In this document: positions 21,101-31,071 of the stretch, piece after piece | How the letters are laid out: each line of letters begins with the position of its first letter | Numbering within the stretch: the stretch's first letter is position 1 | Source of the DNA: Bacillota bacterium | GTDB taxonomy: Bacteria > Bacillota > Clostridia > Christensenellales > Aristaeellaceae | Length of the DNA stretch: 64,000 nucleotides | Direction of reading: 5' to 3' | NCBI GenBank assembly: GCA_023402355.1 | Contig: JAEXCG010000179.1 | Span: 27,637 to 91,636, forward strand | The notes under the pieces: generated by a model | Seen by the model: the letters and a program-made list of their open reading frames with translations, nothing else | What the model was told of the DNA's origin: nothing | Database searches by the model: none | Made by a program: the position numbers and the translations under genes

Positions 21101-23467
21101 GGAGGCCCCGCCCGTCTCGTCCATCGCGTAGACGATTACGGTTTCATGCCCCGCGTAGACCCGCACGACCTCCTGCGCCTGCACGCCGAAGAGGGACGGC
21201 ACGATTTCCAGCACCTTTTCCTCGGCGGCGCGCCGCGTCGAGAATTCCGCTTCCCGCGTGGAAAGCGGCTCCTCCCGATCCGAAGGCCGGTAAATGGCCG
21301 TCATCGCCGCGCCGGGCTCCACGCTCTCCAGTTCGACGCTCCAGCCGTCGTGCGCGCCCAACTCCGACTCGTACTCGATGCGCAGGCCCCCGTCGTCCTC
21401 GGTCATCGTTTCCAGCGCGTATCCGCCCAGCAACACGCCCGTCCGGTTCGCCACGCGCTTTCGTGCGCTTTCCGCCGCCGATTGGCCTTCTACGTCTGCT
21501 TTCTCCAAAGCGTCCTCCCGCTCGGGCCTCTCGTGCACGGAGCCGTCCTCCCAGAGGTAAAAAACCTGTGGGATTCGCTGGGCTTCCGCCTTCCCCGCCC
21601 ACTCGCGGTCCGCAAAAATCCGGCCGCCCTCCGTATGAATCCGCAGACTCTCATCCCGCGCAGCTTCTCCCGCAATGTTCGCCCGCCAATAAGAGCCGCC
21701 ATACTGAACCTGCACAGAATCGTCCGCGCCAAACCCGCACAGGGCGGCAAAGCGCTTCGCGGCGTCGATCGCCGCGCGCTCCGGCAGACTCTCCACGGCC
21801 TCCGCCGCGCCGGTCTTGGGGATTCCATCCGCATTCAGCAGCTTCACGGCGTCCACCTTAAGGTCGGGCAGCCGCAGCCGCATGCGGTAATACGTGTCCC
21901 CGTCCGAAAGGCCCAGCTCTACCTGGCGGTACGTCACACCCTCGAAGCTCTCCTCGTTCTCCGCCACCTCGATCTGCTCGACCCGCTCGCCGTTCAGCGC
22001 GAGGTGGCGCTCGGCAAACGCCTTGGCCGCCTCGCCGATCTGCGCGGCGGAGGGAGCCGGGCCGTCCTGCACCTCGGTGCGGCTGAGCAGCCCGCCCTCC
22101 GCGCCGACGACGCCGCCCGACGCGTCCACGACAACCGAAACCGCCCCGCCTGTGGAGGTATTGCCGTTCACCTGCACGTATTCGTTGTACTGCGAGGGCA
22201 CGACATTTTCCAGGCCGCCCACGTCGTCGATGCCGTAAACCTCCCGCAGGAAATCCCTCGCCGCCTGACGGCGCATGTCCATTTCCGGCGTTTCCACCGG
22301 GACGCCGTTGATGGTGTACGGCTCCACCTCTGCCGTAGCGAACGAAACGACGAGCAGCGCGGCGCCCACAAGCGCAGCCATGGCGAGCGCCGAACGGCGC
22401 ACGGCGCGGCTGCGCACGATGCCCACGACGCGCGCCTTCATGCGCCTGCCGTTCATCGACATGCCCGTGGCCAGCACGCCGATGCCGGGCATGCCGCGCC
22501 GCGCGGTCGCCCGCACGAGCATTTCCGCGTAATCCACGCGTTCCGGGGCCGACAACCGCTCCGACACCCGTTCGTCGCAGGCCATCTCCGCGTCCATTCG
22601 GGACAGGTGCGCCCCCAGCCAGACCAGCGGATGAAACCAGAACAGCACGCAGCAGACGTTCCGCAAAAGCCCCCACAGGCCGTCCCCGACCTTCGCATGG
22701 CAGAGCTCGTGCAGCAGCGTGAAGCGCACGTCCGCCCTGCGAATGGCGAGCGGCAGGAAAATGCGCGGGCGCAGCGTGCCGACGAGGCACGCGCCCGAAA
22801 GCGGGTCCGCATACGCGGCCGGCAAGGGGCGCATGCGCAGCTCCCCACAGAGCGCTTCATAGGCCGCCCACGCTTCGCCCGTCAGGCTGCCCGCCTGCGA
22901 CCGGGCGATCCGCCGCCGGAAGCGCAGGTTGGCGATCAGCATGTACAGCGCCACCGCCGCCGCCCCGGCCGCGTACGCACACAAAATCCGCTGCTCTACG
23001 CTAAGCGGCTCGCGCGCGTCTGCCTCGGGCAGAGCCCGGAGCGCAGGCGGCGCGTTGCGCGCGCCGGACAGGTTTGCCACCGTTATGCCAGCCTGCGCGG
23101 CTGGTTTTATGGCCTCCGACGCCCGGCCGCCCGTCCATGCCGGTTCAAAAGGCGCAGACGGCAGCGGTTCATCGCGAAGCAAGCCCTCCGTCTGCCCGGT
23201 CGTTTCCTTTTCGGGGACACGTACGGCGCCGCTTTCCGGCACCGGCGCCGATACGCCCTGCGGCGCGTCCACATCCTTCACCAGCAGCGGGTTGGGCAGC
23301 GACAGGGGGATGAGCAGCCGCAGCGCCACTAGCAGCCACGCCAGATAGATCGCGCGGCTGCCCACGCGAACCCGGAAAAACCGGCGTGCGATCAGGACGA
23401 GCGGGATCAGCACCGCCGCGCCGACGCTTCCCTCCAGCAGATATTCTAAAAATCCAATGCCTTTCAT
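18122..23467 (-). CDS. M56 (BlaR1/MecR1-like) membrane metalloprotease signal transducer with a ~1400-aa unassigned extracellular domain (paralog 2)
   Basis: 1781 aa. N-terminal TM helices, an HELCH zinc motif (nt 22697-22711), FWFHPLVWL, MACDERV, and a fourth TM at about aa 358-378, followed by a huge C-terminal region. GGAGG RBS. It starts 29 nt after paralog 1. Confidence 0.85.
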   Translation of the reverse strand: MKGIGFLEYLLEGSVGAAVLIPLVLIARRFFRVRVGSRAIYLAWLLVALRLLIPLSLPNPLLVKDVDAPQGVSAPVPESGAVRVPEKETTGQTEGLLRDEPLPSAPFEPAWTGGRASEAIKPAAQAGITVANLSGARNAPPALRALPEADAREPLSVEQRILCAYAAGAAAVALYMLIANLRFRRRIARSQAGSLTGEAWAAYEALCGELRMRPLPAAYADPLSGACLVGTLRPRIFLPLAIRRADVRFTLLHELCHAKVGDGLWGLLRNVCCVLFWFHPLVWLGAHLSRMDAEMACDERVSERLSAPERVDYAEMLVRATARRGMPGIGVLATGMSMNGRRMKARVVGIVRSRAVRRSALAMAALVGAALLVVSFATAEVEPYTINGVPVETPEMDMRRQAARDFLREVYGIDDVGGLENVVPSQYNEYVQVNGNTSTGGAVSVVVDASGGVVGAEGGLLSRTEVQDGPAPSAAQIGEAAKAFAERHLALNGERVEQIEVAENEESFEGVTYRQVELGLSDGDTYYRMRLRLPDLKVDAVKLLNADGIPKTGAAEAVESLPERAAIDAAKRFAALCGFGADDSVQVQYGGSYWRANIAGEAARDESLRIHTEGGRIFADREWAGKAEAQRIPQVFYLWEDGSVHERPEREDALEKADVEGQSAAESARKRVANRTGVLLGGYALETMTEDDGGLRIEYESELGAHDGWSVELESVEPGAAMTAIYRPSDREEPLSTREAEFSTRRAAEEKVLEIVPSLFGVQAQEVVRVYAGHETVIVYAMDETGGASSWYVTVADARGALGENKAAFAGERTLIPSDEADPAYIALASAYAEQEDMRRKAVEAFSQEGELGENHQVDFTYIGGNWTGVSLAGRIELYADGEVSELYWNRPSSPDDADGFSAALDRAGLFAAPRLVSGERPQGLIWTACWWDDACLTLEASVSGALRDVGWTREQPVWQRKTLTEDGFAIQCAVAKGPSDEDSARRVELWANVDGEDYVWTEEVEIAQSLRVKTVSAKASVLGALQLPIDRITVAPGACVIDWNLPESGLSSVRIHDADGILLTDAAVPGGTHAEAYPSPYGRTEPWTFMLTQNDLSVTTFSMDAAGEIVSYDAGIRPDEALRTEQAFVEGVTDTASFAEASERAEAVRLSRLAGAYYDAEGEAERQSLVLRATGSGVAGIGGTDDRCEVYEAFGRVRKYLAITREGEEKHWAFRVQADPPRVLSMHPIMTEADGARELEAYVVYPTAGEVIERTRSFLMEQAGWSERDVNPPVLSYVRSGEGARTTLYGESAENARDLWQAEYGGVHRHVSDFWRVDVLGDSPEQRAITEAERTLAARLARELAEKARVYNYGEAQGVEVEDQIYAYGAEEIARVRISYQNGESHDRAYVRLNPPAVLALVSDPDLEATVNWPDAEVPTETLAALGLPIESLRLTSSACEMDWKEIGGWTARWVDAEGRQFALSQGARLLRHETPFGRPAPWTLTFERDGLALHTLVLDEDARILSYAYGGYPDDEVIETRPGLGHSGLDVEPEVKELLSRVVGVTVWNPMGSQFTEVRALAGEVRKYRFEIKDKNRYYATAQTNGERILTFYPEDETNLHYMNMIFAPTREEAVQQTRAFLIETAGWLPEEVDAEQLTVVDRPSAGERYGYEFYGESKAGARDLWYGRFLGGWRHLDAFWRQEVLEDASDSRLITEAERSDVEAYAIDFVNKTREMYSTVGLTAEVADTVRVYDCGEVVRVYVDDAFGGGDTLHVRLTPRSVLYQERGGIGKEKLAQT
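18164..19183 (-). repeat. ectodomain super-repeat copy 2 of M56-2 (protein-level repeat, aa ~1429-1768)
   Basis: It contains four sub-modules:
- LPIESLRLTSSACEMDW...PAPWTLTFERDG...ILSYAYG
- EVRKYRFE...ERILTFYP
- REEAVQQTRAFLIETAGW...YGESKAGARDLW...FWRQEVLED
- ITEAER...VRVYV...LHVRLTPRSVL. Confidence 0.7.
19253..20386 (-). repeat. ectodomain super-repeat copy 1 of M56-2 (aa ~1028-1405)
   Basis: It contains four sub-modules:
- LPIDRITVAPGACVIDW...TEPWTFMLTQND...IVSYDAG
- RVRKYLAI...PRVLSMHP
- GEVIERTRSFLMEQAGW...YGESAENARDLW...FWRVDVLGD
- ITEAER...ARVRISY...YVRLNPPAVL. Confidence 0.7.
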
Positions 23468-23496
23468 CTCCCGATTCCTCCATCTTAGGTCGTGGG

Positions 23497-26400
23497 CTAT
23501 TCGCCTTCGGGCAACGCGTAGCAGGCGAACACGCCGCCGTGCCGCGCATCGACGCTAAGACGATACGTCCGTCCGTCGCTGCAATCGATCTGCAGGTCTA
23601 CCTCGATGCAGGCATCCGCTTGCGCAGCCTTTACCTGCTCCTGTCGATACGTTTCCACGAGCGATTCGGGCGCAAGGGGCAGGCTATAGACCCGTGCCGA
23701 ACGCTCCCGCCTGCTCGCCCCCAACACCTGGGTTTTCACGACTTCAACCTCCGTACCATAGAGGTAATATCGCAGCAAATGCTCTTTTCCGAGCTCCTGG
23801 GCGCTCTCGGAAAGCGTCTCATCCAGTTGAAGTGCTCCGTCCGCGTCGCCGCGCAGGTCGTGCAGGGAAATCGGCCGGCAGGTGTCGGCCTCCATCGTAA
23901 AGTACGCAAAGACTTCTGCCGTCTTTCGGTCGATCCAGCGGCAGATAAGCCTGCCGTCCACCCGTTCGATCGTGGCGTCGCATTCGTTCGCCAGGCCGCA
24001 GGCGCCGCCGCTCGCCTGCTGATATGACCGCATCACCTGCTTCGCCGCCTCTTCGTCATAGGGGGCGTTTTCTTCAAAGTCCGCCGCTAAGGTGGATTCA
24101 GCCTTTTCCCACGCGCGTATGGCGCATTCCCCCACGGAAACCGTCATCCTGTCTGCAGAGCCATCTGTATAAAAGACGTTCACATCCACTAATTCCCTGC
24201 CGTCAACCGTTCGCGCGGGTTTTAGGACCGTCACGTGCTGCACAGCCTGCCGGTAGGTCGCCCCAAACGTGCGCGCGCACTCCCTGACCTCGTTTTCCTC
24301 CCGAGGGGTCAGGCTGCGCATGCTCGCGCCGTCCGCGGCCGTTATCGCGTCCGCCGTCCAGAAGGACGCGACGCGGCTCGTCTCCTTATCGTATACCGCC
24401 GTCCACAGATCCCGAGCGCCCGGCCGCGTGCCGCCGAAGACGCGAATCTCCCGCTCACCTTCCTCCGCTTCTACCACCGGGGCTTCCTCTTCGATGCGCG
24501 CCAATTCGTTCACGACGCCTACGACGTCCTGCTTGACTTCCTCTTCGTCCCAGCGAATCCGCTCGCTGCTAATGCTCATCATGAGCACAGCCTCGGGGTT
24601 CAATCGGATGCACAGCTCGTCTCTGCGGTCGTAGTTCTCGCTCAGATAGTGCACCGTCACGCGGGCGACCTCGCCGTCCGGGTAAACCTGCACCACGTCC
24701 TCAACCGTGATCTCCCCGATCGTGAGGCTGTATTTATTCAGGCGGTTCTCCTGCACGAACGCCTTCGCTTTCTGCGCGGCCCAGTCGCGTTCCTCCCCGG
24801 TCGTCGTCCGCTGCAGCGGCGCGTCCTGCAGCATGTCCATGCGCCAAAAATTGTCGCCATGACGCCCCGGTCTTTGGTAAAGGACGTACCACCCGTCCTC
24901 CGCTCCCTGCCAAGATTCGCCGTAATAGTGGAAGCCGTCTTCCGTGCGGACGATCGGCCTGTCGATCTCGTCAGGCGTCCATCCTGCATTCTCCAGGTAC
25001 GCCTTCACGGAAGCCCTTGCCTCTTCCTCCGTTTCGAGCACCGCGTAGTCGGTGCTCCGGCTCCCTTCCGGAAAGTACTCCATGGAAAGGATGCGCAGCG
25101 GCTCCATCTGCACGCGCCATAGCAGGCTTCCCTGAACAGCCTGCCGCATGGAGAGCTTGCGCACGCGCGTTCCATCCGCGTAGACCTCGGCATACACGCT
25201 GCCGAAGATTTCCGTTCTCGCTTCGTCCGGTCCGGCCGCTCGGCGGACGAGCGCGCTCGCCGCCGTATCCTCCTCATGCCACAGGGGTGAAATCTTCCAA
25301 TGATTAAACCGCAGTTCACGCTGCGTAAAAATCGACTCGACCAGCTCCGTCCTGACTACTTCGCCCGGGGCTGCATCCGCTGCCGGTTCGTATTCAAACC
25401 GCAGCACCTCGCCCGCGGCGTTCACGGTCAGGGCGTAACGCTCGCCGTCCGTCCTCTGCACTTCGAGCGTCCAGGGGCCGGGCGTCTCGTATATCATCGT
25501 GCCGTCTTCAAATCGCGCGTGCTCCGCCGTCGCGGTGACCGCCCAATCCCCGTCAAGCGCGGGATAATCCGCCTCGCACGCGTCGCTTCGCACGCGTATC
25601 TCGGCCGCCGGGTATCCCAGCGCGTCCACCACCTCCGCGTTCACGACCGTCCAGGCTTCTGCATCCATGACGGCGGCATCGTCTGGCTCCGCCCCACGCT
25701 TCACTTCCGCCGTCGCAAACGTCATCGTCAGCATCGCGGCGGCCAACAGCGCCGAGGCGGCGATCGCCCCGCGACGCACCCGGCGGCTTTGCACGATGCA
25801 GCAAACGCGCGCCCTCATGCGCCGCCCGTTCATCGACATGCCGGTCGCCAACACGCCGAGCCGTGGCGCGCCCCGCCGAAGCGCCATGCGCACCAGCATG
25901 TCCGCATAGCCGATCCGCTCCGCGTTCGTCAGCCGCCGCGTCACACGCTCGTCGCAGGCGATCTCGCCGTCCAGCCGCGATACGTGCGCCCCCAGCCAGA
26001 CCAGCGGATGAAACCAGAACAGCACGCAGCAGATATTCCGCACGAAGCCCCAAAGAGGGTCCAGGCTCTTGGCGTGGCACAGCTCATGCGTCAGCGTGAG
26101 GTGAAGATCCTCTCGGTTTACCGTCAAGGGCAGCGCGATATGTGGGCGCACGACGCCCGCCAGGCAAGCGCCGGGCATCGGGTCGCAGAGCCATACGGAC
26201 AGGGGTTTTACGCGAAGCGTCCGGCAAAGCGCCGCGTAGGACGCCGCTTCCTTGCCCTCCAGCGCTCCAACTCGCGCGCGTCGAACCTTTGCGTAAAAAC
26301 GCGCGTTGACCGCGGCAAAATACCCCGCCGTCGCCAGCATCCCCGCAAGGTAGGTGATGAAAAGCGCCTGCGTCAGCGGGTGCTCTCCGCACGCGACCAC

Positions 26401-26763
26401 AGCGCCCGACGTCTCCTTCGGTCTTCCCGACGATTCCGTATTGCCCGCGCGAAGGGAAGCCGCTGCGTCCGTTGACGGTGCGACGTATGCGACGGCAGAC
26501 GCTTCCGCCGTCGCAGCCTGTAAGATGGGCATTGTCTCGGACTGCGGGTATGCAGCCGGTGCAGGCATCTCCTTCGTCAATAACGGGTTGGGCAGCGAAA
26601 GGGGCAGCAGCAAGCGCAGCGCCACCAGCAGCCAGGCCGCATAGATCGCCCCGCCGCCCACGCGCACACGCACAAACCGTCGCGCAAGCAAGAGCAACGC
26701 GATCAGCACCGACGCGCCGATGCTCGCCTCTATAAGGTGGTGAATCCAAAATGACGTGAACAT
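23497..26763 (-). CDS. M56 (BlaR1/MecR1-like) membrane metalloprotease signal transducer with a ~730-aa unassigned extracellular domain (paralog 1)
   Basis: 1088 aa. HELCH (nt 26074-26088), FWFHPLVWLGAH, IACDERV, and a TM at about aa 333-352. GAGGAGG RBS. It starts 40 nt after the repressor gene. Confidence 0.85.
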   Translation of the reverse strand: MFTSFWIHHLIEASIGASVLIALLLLARRFVRVRVGGGAIYAAWLLVALRLLLPLSLPNPLLTKEMPAPAAYPQSETMPILQAATAEASAVAYVAPSTDAAASLRAGNTESSGRPKETSGAVVACGEHPLTQALFITYLAGMLATAGYFAAVNARFYAKVRRARVGALEGKEAASYAALCRTLRVKPLSVWLCDPMPGACLAGVVRPHIALPLTVNREDLHLTLTHELCHAKSLDPLWGFVRNICCVLFWFHPLVWLGAHVSRLDGEIACDERVTRRLTNAERIGYADMLVRMALRRGAPRLGVLATGMSMNGRRMRARVCCIVQSRRVRRGAIAASALLAAAMLTMTFATAEVKRGAEPDDAAVMDAEAWTVVNAEVVDALGYPAAEIRVRSDACEADYPALDGDWAVTATAEHARFEDGTMIYETPGPWTLEVQRTDGERYALTVNAAGEVLRFEYEPAADAAPGEVVRTELVESIFTQRELRFNHWKISPLWHEEDTAASALVRRAAGPDEARTEIFGSVYAEVYADGTRVRKLSMRQAVQGSLLWRVQMEPLRILSMEYFPEGSRSTDYAVLETEEEARASVKAYLENAGWTPDEIDRPIVRTEDGFHYYGESWQGAEDGWYVLYQRPGRHGDNFWRMDMLQDAPLQRTTTGEERDWAAQKAKAFVQENRLNKYSLTIGEITVEDVVQVYPDGEVARVTVHYLSENYDRRDELCIRLNPEAVLMMSISSERIRWDEEEVKQDVVGVVNELARIEEEAPVVEAEEGEREIRVFGGTRPGARDLWTAVYDKETSRVASFWTADAITAADGASMRSLTPREENEVRECARTFGATYRQAVQHVTVLKPARTVDGRELVDVNVFYTDGSADRMTVSVGECAIRAWEKAESTLAADFEENAPYDEEAAKQVMRSYQQASGGACGLANECDATIERVDGRLICRWIDRKTAEVFAYFTMEADTCRPISLHDLRGDADGALQLDETLSESAQELGKEHLLRYYLYGTEVEVVKTQVLGASRRERSARVYSLPLAPESLVETYRQEQVKAAQADACIEVDLQIDCSDGRTYRLSVDARHGGVFACYALPEGE
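24577..25617 (-). repeat. ectodomain super-repeat of M56-1 (aa ~383-729), same four sub-modules as in M56-2
   Basis: It contains four sub-modules:
- YPAAEIRVRSDACEADY...PGPWTLEVQRTDG...VLRFEY
- RVRKLSM...LRILSMEY
- EEEARASVKAYLENAGW...YGESWQGAEDGW...FWRMDMLQD
- GEERD...ARVTVHY...LCIRLNPEAVL

A partial extra copy follows at about aa 770-890. Confidence 0.7.
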
Positions 26764-26803
26764 GCCTCGTCCTCCTCATCGCCGCCCCCGGCGGGGCATA
26801 CGT

Positions 26804-27187
26804 TTACAGTTGTTCCTTCGCCTTCTTCAGGATGTCCATCAACTCGTCCACCTCGCCGTCCGTGAGCTCGCCCTGTTCCACCATATTGCTCACCAGCAGC
26901 GACGCGCGCCCCTCGAACAGGCGCGAAAGCAGCGTCTGCGTCTGCTCGCGCGCGACCTTGTCCTTTTCCACGCAGGGGTAGTAGTGGCGCGCGGGCTCCG
27001 CCTCTTCCATGCGTACGGTCCCCTTGTGCATCATCCGCTTGAGCAGCGTGATGACCGTGTGCTTCGTCCAGCCCGTCTCCATCTCAAGGGCATGGGTGAT
27101 CTGCGGCATCGTCAGGGGGCTATGCTCCCAAAGCAGGGTCATGATCTTCCATTCCGCGTCCGTCAGCGGCGTGTGTTCTTCCAGCAT
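26804..27187 (-). CDS. BlaI/MecI/CopY-family winged-helix transcriptional repressor
   Basis: MLEEHTPLTDAEWKIMTLLWEHSPLTMPQITHALEMETGWTKHTVITLLKRMMHKGTV... (127 aa). The longer ORF-track start at 27289 lies inside the -35 box of the predicted promoter, so I chose Met35. Confidence 0.85.
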   Translation of the reverse strand: MLEEHTPLTDAEWKIMTLLWEHSPLTMPQITHALEMETGWTKHTVITLLKRMMHKGTVRMEEAEPARHYYPCVEKDKVAREQTQTLLSRLFEGRASLLVSNMVEQGELTDGEVDELMDILKKAKEQL

Positions 27188-27260
27188 GACGTCTCCATCC
27201 TCTCCGTCCGAGGCCCGGAGGATGAACCTCACGGGTTCCGGTAATAATCCGTCCACCACC

Positions 27261-27289
27261 ATTGTACAAGTGTCTACCATTTTTGTCAA
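27261..27289 (-). promoter_or_regulatory. near-consensus sigma-A promoter of the blaI-M56-M56 operon
   Basis: Minus strand: TTGACA (27284-27289), 17-nt spacer, TACAAT (27261-27266). Confidence 0.65.
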
Positions 27290-27293
27290 GCAT

Positions 27294-27319
27294 AATCGGT
27301 ATACAAATGTATACCGATT
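27294..27319. promoter_or_regulatory. candidate BlaI-type operator (perfect 12-bp-arm palindrome with a TACA-AA-TGTA core)
   Basis: AATCGGTATACA-AA-TGTATACCGATT, 4 nt upstream of the -35 box. The TACA/TGTA inverted repeat is the recognised core of BlaI/MecI operators. Confidence 0.6.
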
Positions 27320-27321
27320 GG

Positions 27322-27354
27322 ATAAAGAAATCCGGAAGGCAAAAGCCTTCCGGA
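27322..27354 (-). terminator. rho-independent terminator of the ABC transporter operon
   Basis: Minus strand: TCCGGAAGGC-tttt-GCCTTCCGGA followed by TTTCTTTATCC. Confidence 0.75.
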
Positions 27355-27365
27355 AAGAGGGGACG

Positions 27366-28325
27366 TTACCTTCCGCCCTTGTCGTAGGGGACGCCGCTCG
27401 CCTTGGGCGCCTGCGAGTTCTTGGAGGTGAACGCGAGCACGACCAGCGTGGCGACGTAAGGGAACATCTTGTAAAAGTCGCTGGGGATGGAAAGCGACGC
27501 GAGGAACGGAATGCCCGAGTAGGCGGAGGCCAGCGTCTTCATCAATCCAAAGAAGAGCGCCGCCAGCAGCACGCGCACCGGCTTCCACTGACCGAAGATC
27601 AGCACCGCCAGCGCCAGGAAACCATAGCCCGCCACCGTCGCGTTGAAGTTGGTGGAGGTCGGAATGACGAAGACCAGTCCGCCCAAACCGCCCAGCGCGC
27701 CGGAGATCAGCACGCCCGCGTAGCGCATCCGGTAGACGTTGATGCCGACCGAATCCGCCGCCTGCGGATGCTCGCCGCACGCGCGCAGCCGCAGGCCGAA
27801 CTTCGTCTTGTACAGCACGACCGCGGAAATGGCGAGGATCGCAAAGCCGATGTAGGTCGTGATGTAGCAGTTGCGGAAGAACAGGTCGCCGAGCACGGGG
27901 ATGTCGCCCAGCACCGGCACCTTCTCGATGCGGAAGGTGTTGGTGAACTGCACCTGCTGCACGCCGTTCGTCTGCAGCGAGCGCGCCATGTAGATGGCGA
28001 AAGCCGGGGCGAACATGTTCAGCGCCGTGCCCGAAATGACCTGATCGCTCCGAAGGTTTACCGCCGCGTAGGCGTGAAGCACCGAAAAGATCATGCCGGA
28101 GGCCATGGAAACCAGAATCGCCAGGATGAGCAGCCCCTGACCGCTCATGCTCCCCTGCATCCGGTTGATGAAGAAGATGCCGCAGAACGCACCCATGATC
28201 ATGATGCCGTCCAGGGCGATGTTCACCACGCCGCTGCGCTCTGAAAACATGCCGCCCAGCGCGACGATCAGCAGCGGGATGGAAAAGAACATGGTCTGCT
28301 GAACGAGGAAGTACAAAATCTCCAT
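27366..28325 (-). CDS. ABC transporter permease (BMP/nucleoside-type system, second permease)
   Basis: 319 aa and polytopic. It is the last gene of the SBP-ATPase-permease-permease operon. Its start abuts the previous stop. Confidence 0.85.
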   Translation of the reverse strand: MEILYFLVQQTMFFSIPLLIVALGGMFSERSGVVNIALDGIMIMGAFCGIFFINRMQGSMSGQGLLILAILVSMASGMIFSVLHAYAAVNLRSDQVISGTALNMFAPAFAIYMARSLQTNGVQQVQFTNTFRIEKVPVLGDIPVLGDLFFRNCYITTYIGFAILAISAVVLYKTKFGLRLRACGEHPQAADSVGINVYRMRYAGVLISGALGGLGGLVFVIPTSTNFNATVAGYGFLALAVLIFGQWKPVRVLLAALFFGLMKTLASAYSGIPFLASLSIPSDFYKMFPYVATLVVLAFTSKNSQAPKASGVPYDKGGR

Positions 28326-29458
28326 TTATTTGACCTCCTTTTCCTCGTGCATCTCGCGCTTTTGCACGCTGCGGGCGATGAACTGCTTCACCAGCAGCGA
28401 GAACGCGCTGAAGTAGATGATGACGGCGATGATGATGTCGATGATCTCCGGCATGTAGTTGAGCCGCTGCAAATAGTTGCCGCCCAACGTGATGTAAGAG
28501 ATGAAGATGCCCGAGAAGATGATGCCGATCGGGTTGTTCATGCCCAGCAGCGCGACCGGTATGCCGTTGAAGCCCTCCGCCGCGATCACGTCCACGACGA
28601 CGATGTGCTTTCCACTGCCGGGGGCGAGGTAGAGCAGCGCGCCGCCCAGGCCCGCGAGCATGCCCGCGATGACCATGGAAAGGACAATGTTGCGCTTCTC
28701 GTTGATGCCCGCGTACTGGCTGGCGAACCGGTTGTAGCCGCAGGCCTTCAGCTCGTAGCCGAACGTCGTCTTGTTGAGCAGGATGTAGATGACGACGGCC
28801 ATCGCGATGGCGATCAGGATGCCCGCGTTGACGCTGGAAATGTCCAGGCGCTTTCCGCCCGCGAGCACATTTTTGAAGATGCCGTCCAGGCCCGCCTTGG
28901 GCAGCGCGGCGTTCGCCGCGACGGTCATCGACTCGTTCTTGAGCTGGTTGTACACCGTCTGCTTGACGAGGTAGTTCACCCCGTACATGCCGATGTAGTT
29001 CATCATGATGGAGGAAATGACCTCGTTCACGTTCAGCAGCGCCTTGAAGATGCCGGGCACCGCGCCCCAGATGCCGCCCGCCACCATCGCCGCGAGCAGC
29101 GCGACGATCCAGTGCGTCGCCCCGGGCAGGAAGGTCCAGTGCACGCCGACGTACACCGCCGCGAACGCGCCCACGATGAACTGACCCGCCGCGCCGATGT
29201 TAAACAGGCCCGTCTTGTTGGCGAAGCCCACGGAAAGGCCGGTCATGATGATGGGCGTCGCAAAGTAGAGCACCTGGCCCAGGCCCTTCATGCCGCCCGT
29301 AAAGCCGCCCGCCATGATGATGCCCAGGCCCTGCACCGCCTGCTGCGGATTGGAGATGAGCAGGATCACGAAGCCGAACAGCAGGCCTACGACGATGGCA
29401 ATCAGGGACGAAGCGACGCTGGAAAATCCTTTGGATTCTAGTATTTTTCGCATGCTTC

Positions 29459-29462
<4 letters not shown>
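28326..29462 (-). CDS. ABC transporter permease (BMP/nucleoside-type system, first permease)
   Basis: 378 aa and polytopic. Its start overlaps the end of the ATPase gene by 4 nt. Confidence 0.85.
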
Positions 29463-30976
<1,514 letters not shown>

Positions 30977-31071
30977 GCTCTCACTCCTTCAGTAACTTGT
31001 TTCTGGCCGGCGCTTTTGCAGTGCGTCCGGCATTGCACGGCAAAAGCGTCAACAAATGGAAACGGTTTTCC

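Noticed and set aside
21146-23332. A 728-aa plus-strand ORF. Similar ORFs occur at 17930-19168, 24235-25122, 25300-26475 and 20926-21861, all opposite the M56 genes.
   Set aside because: They are antisense artefacts rich in Arg, Pro and Ala. The minus-strand frames carry the HExxH protease core and conserved repeats.
27188-27289. A 34-codon N-terminal extension of the BlaI-like ORF.
   Set aside because: Its first Met codons lie inside or upstream of the predicted promoter elements. The family is normally ~125 aa. A good RBS precedes Met35.
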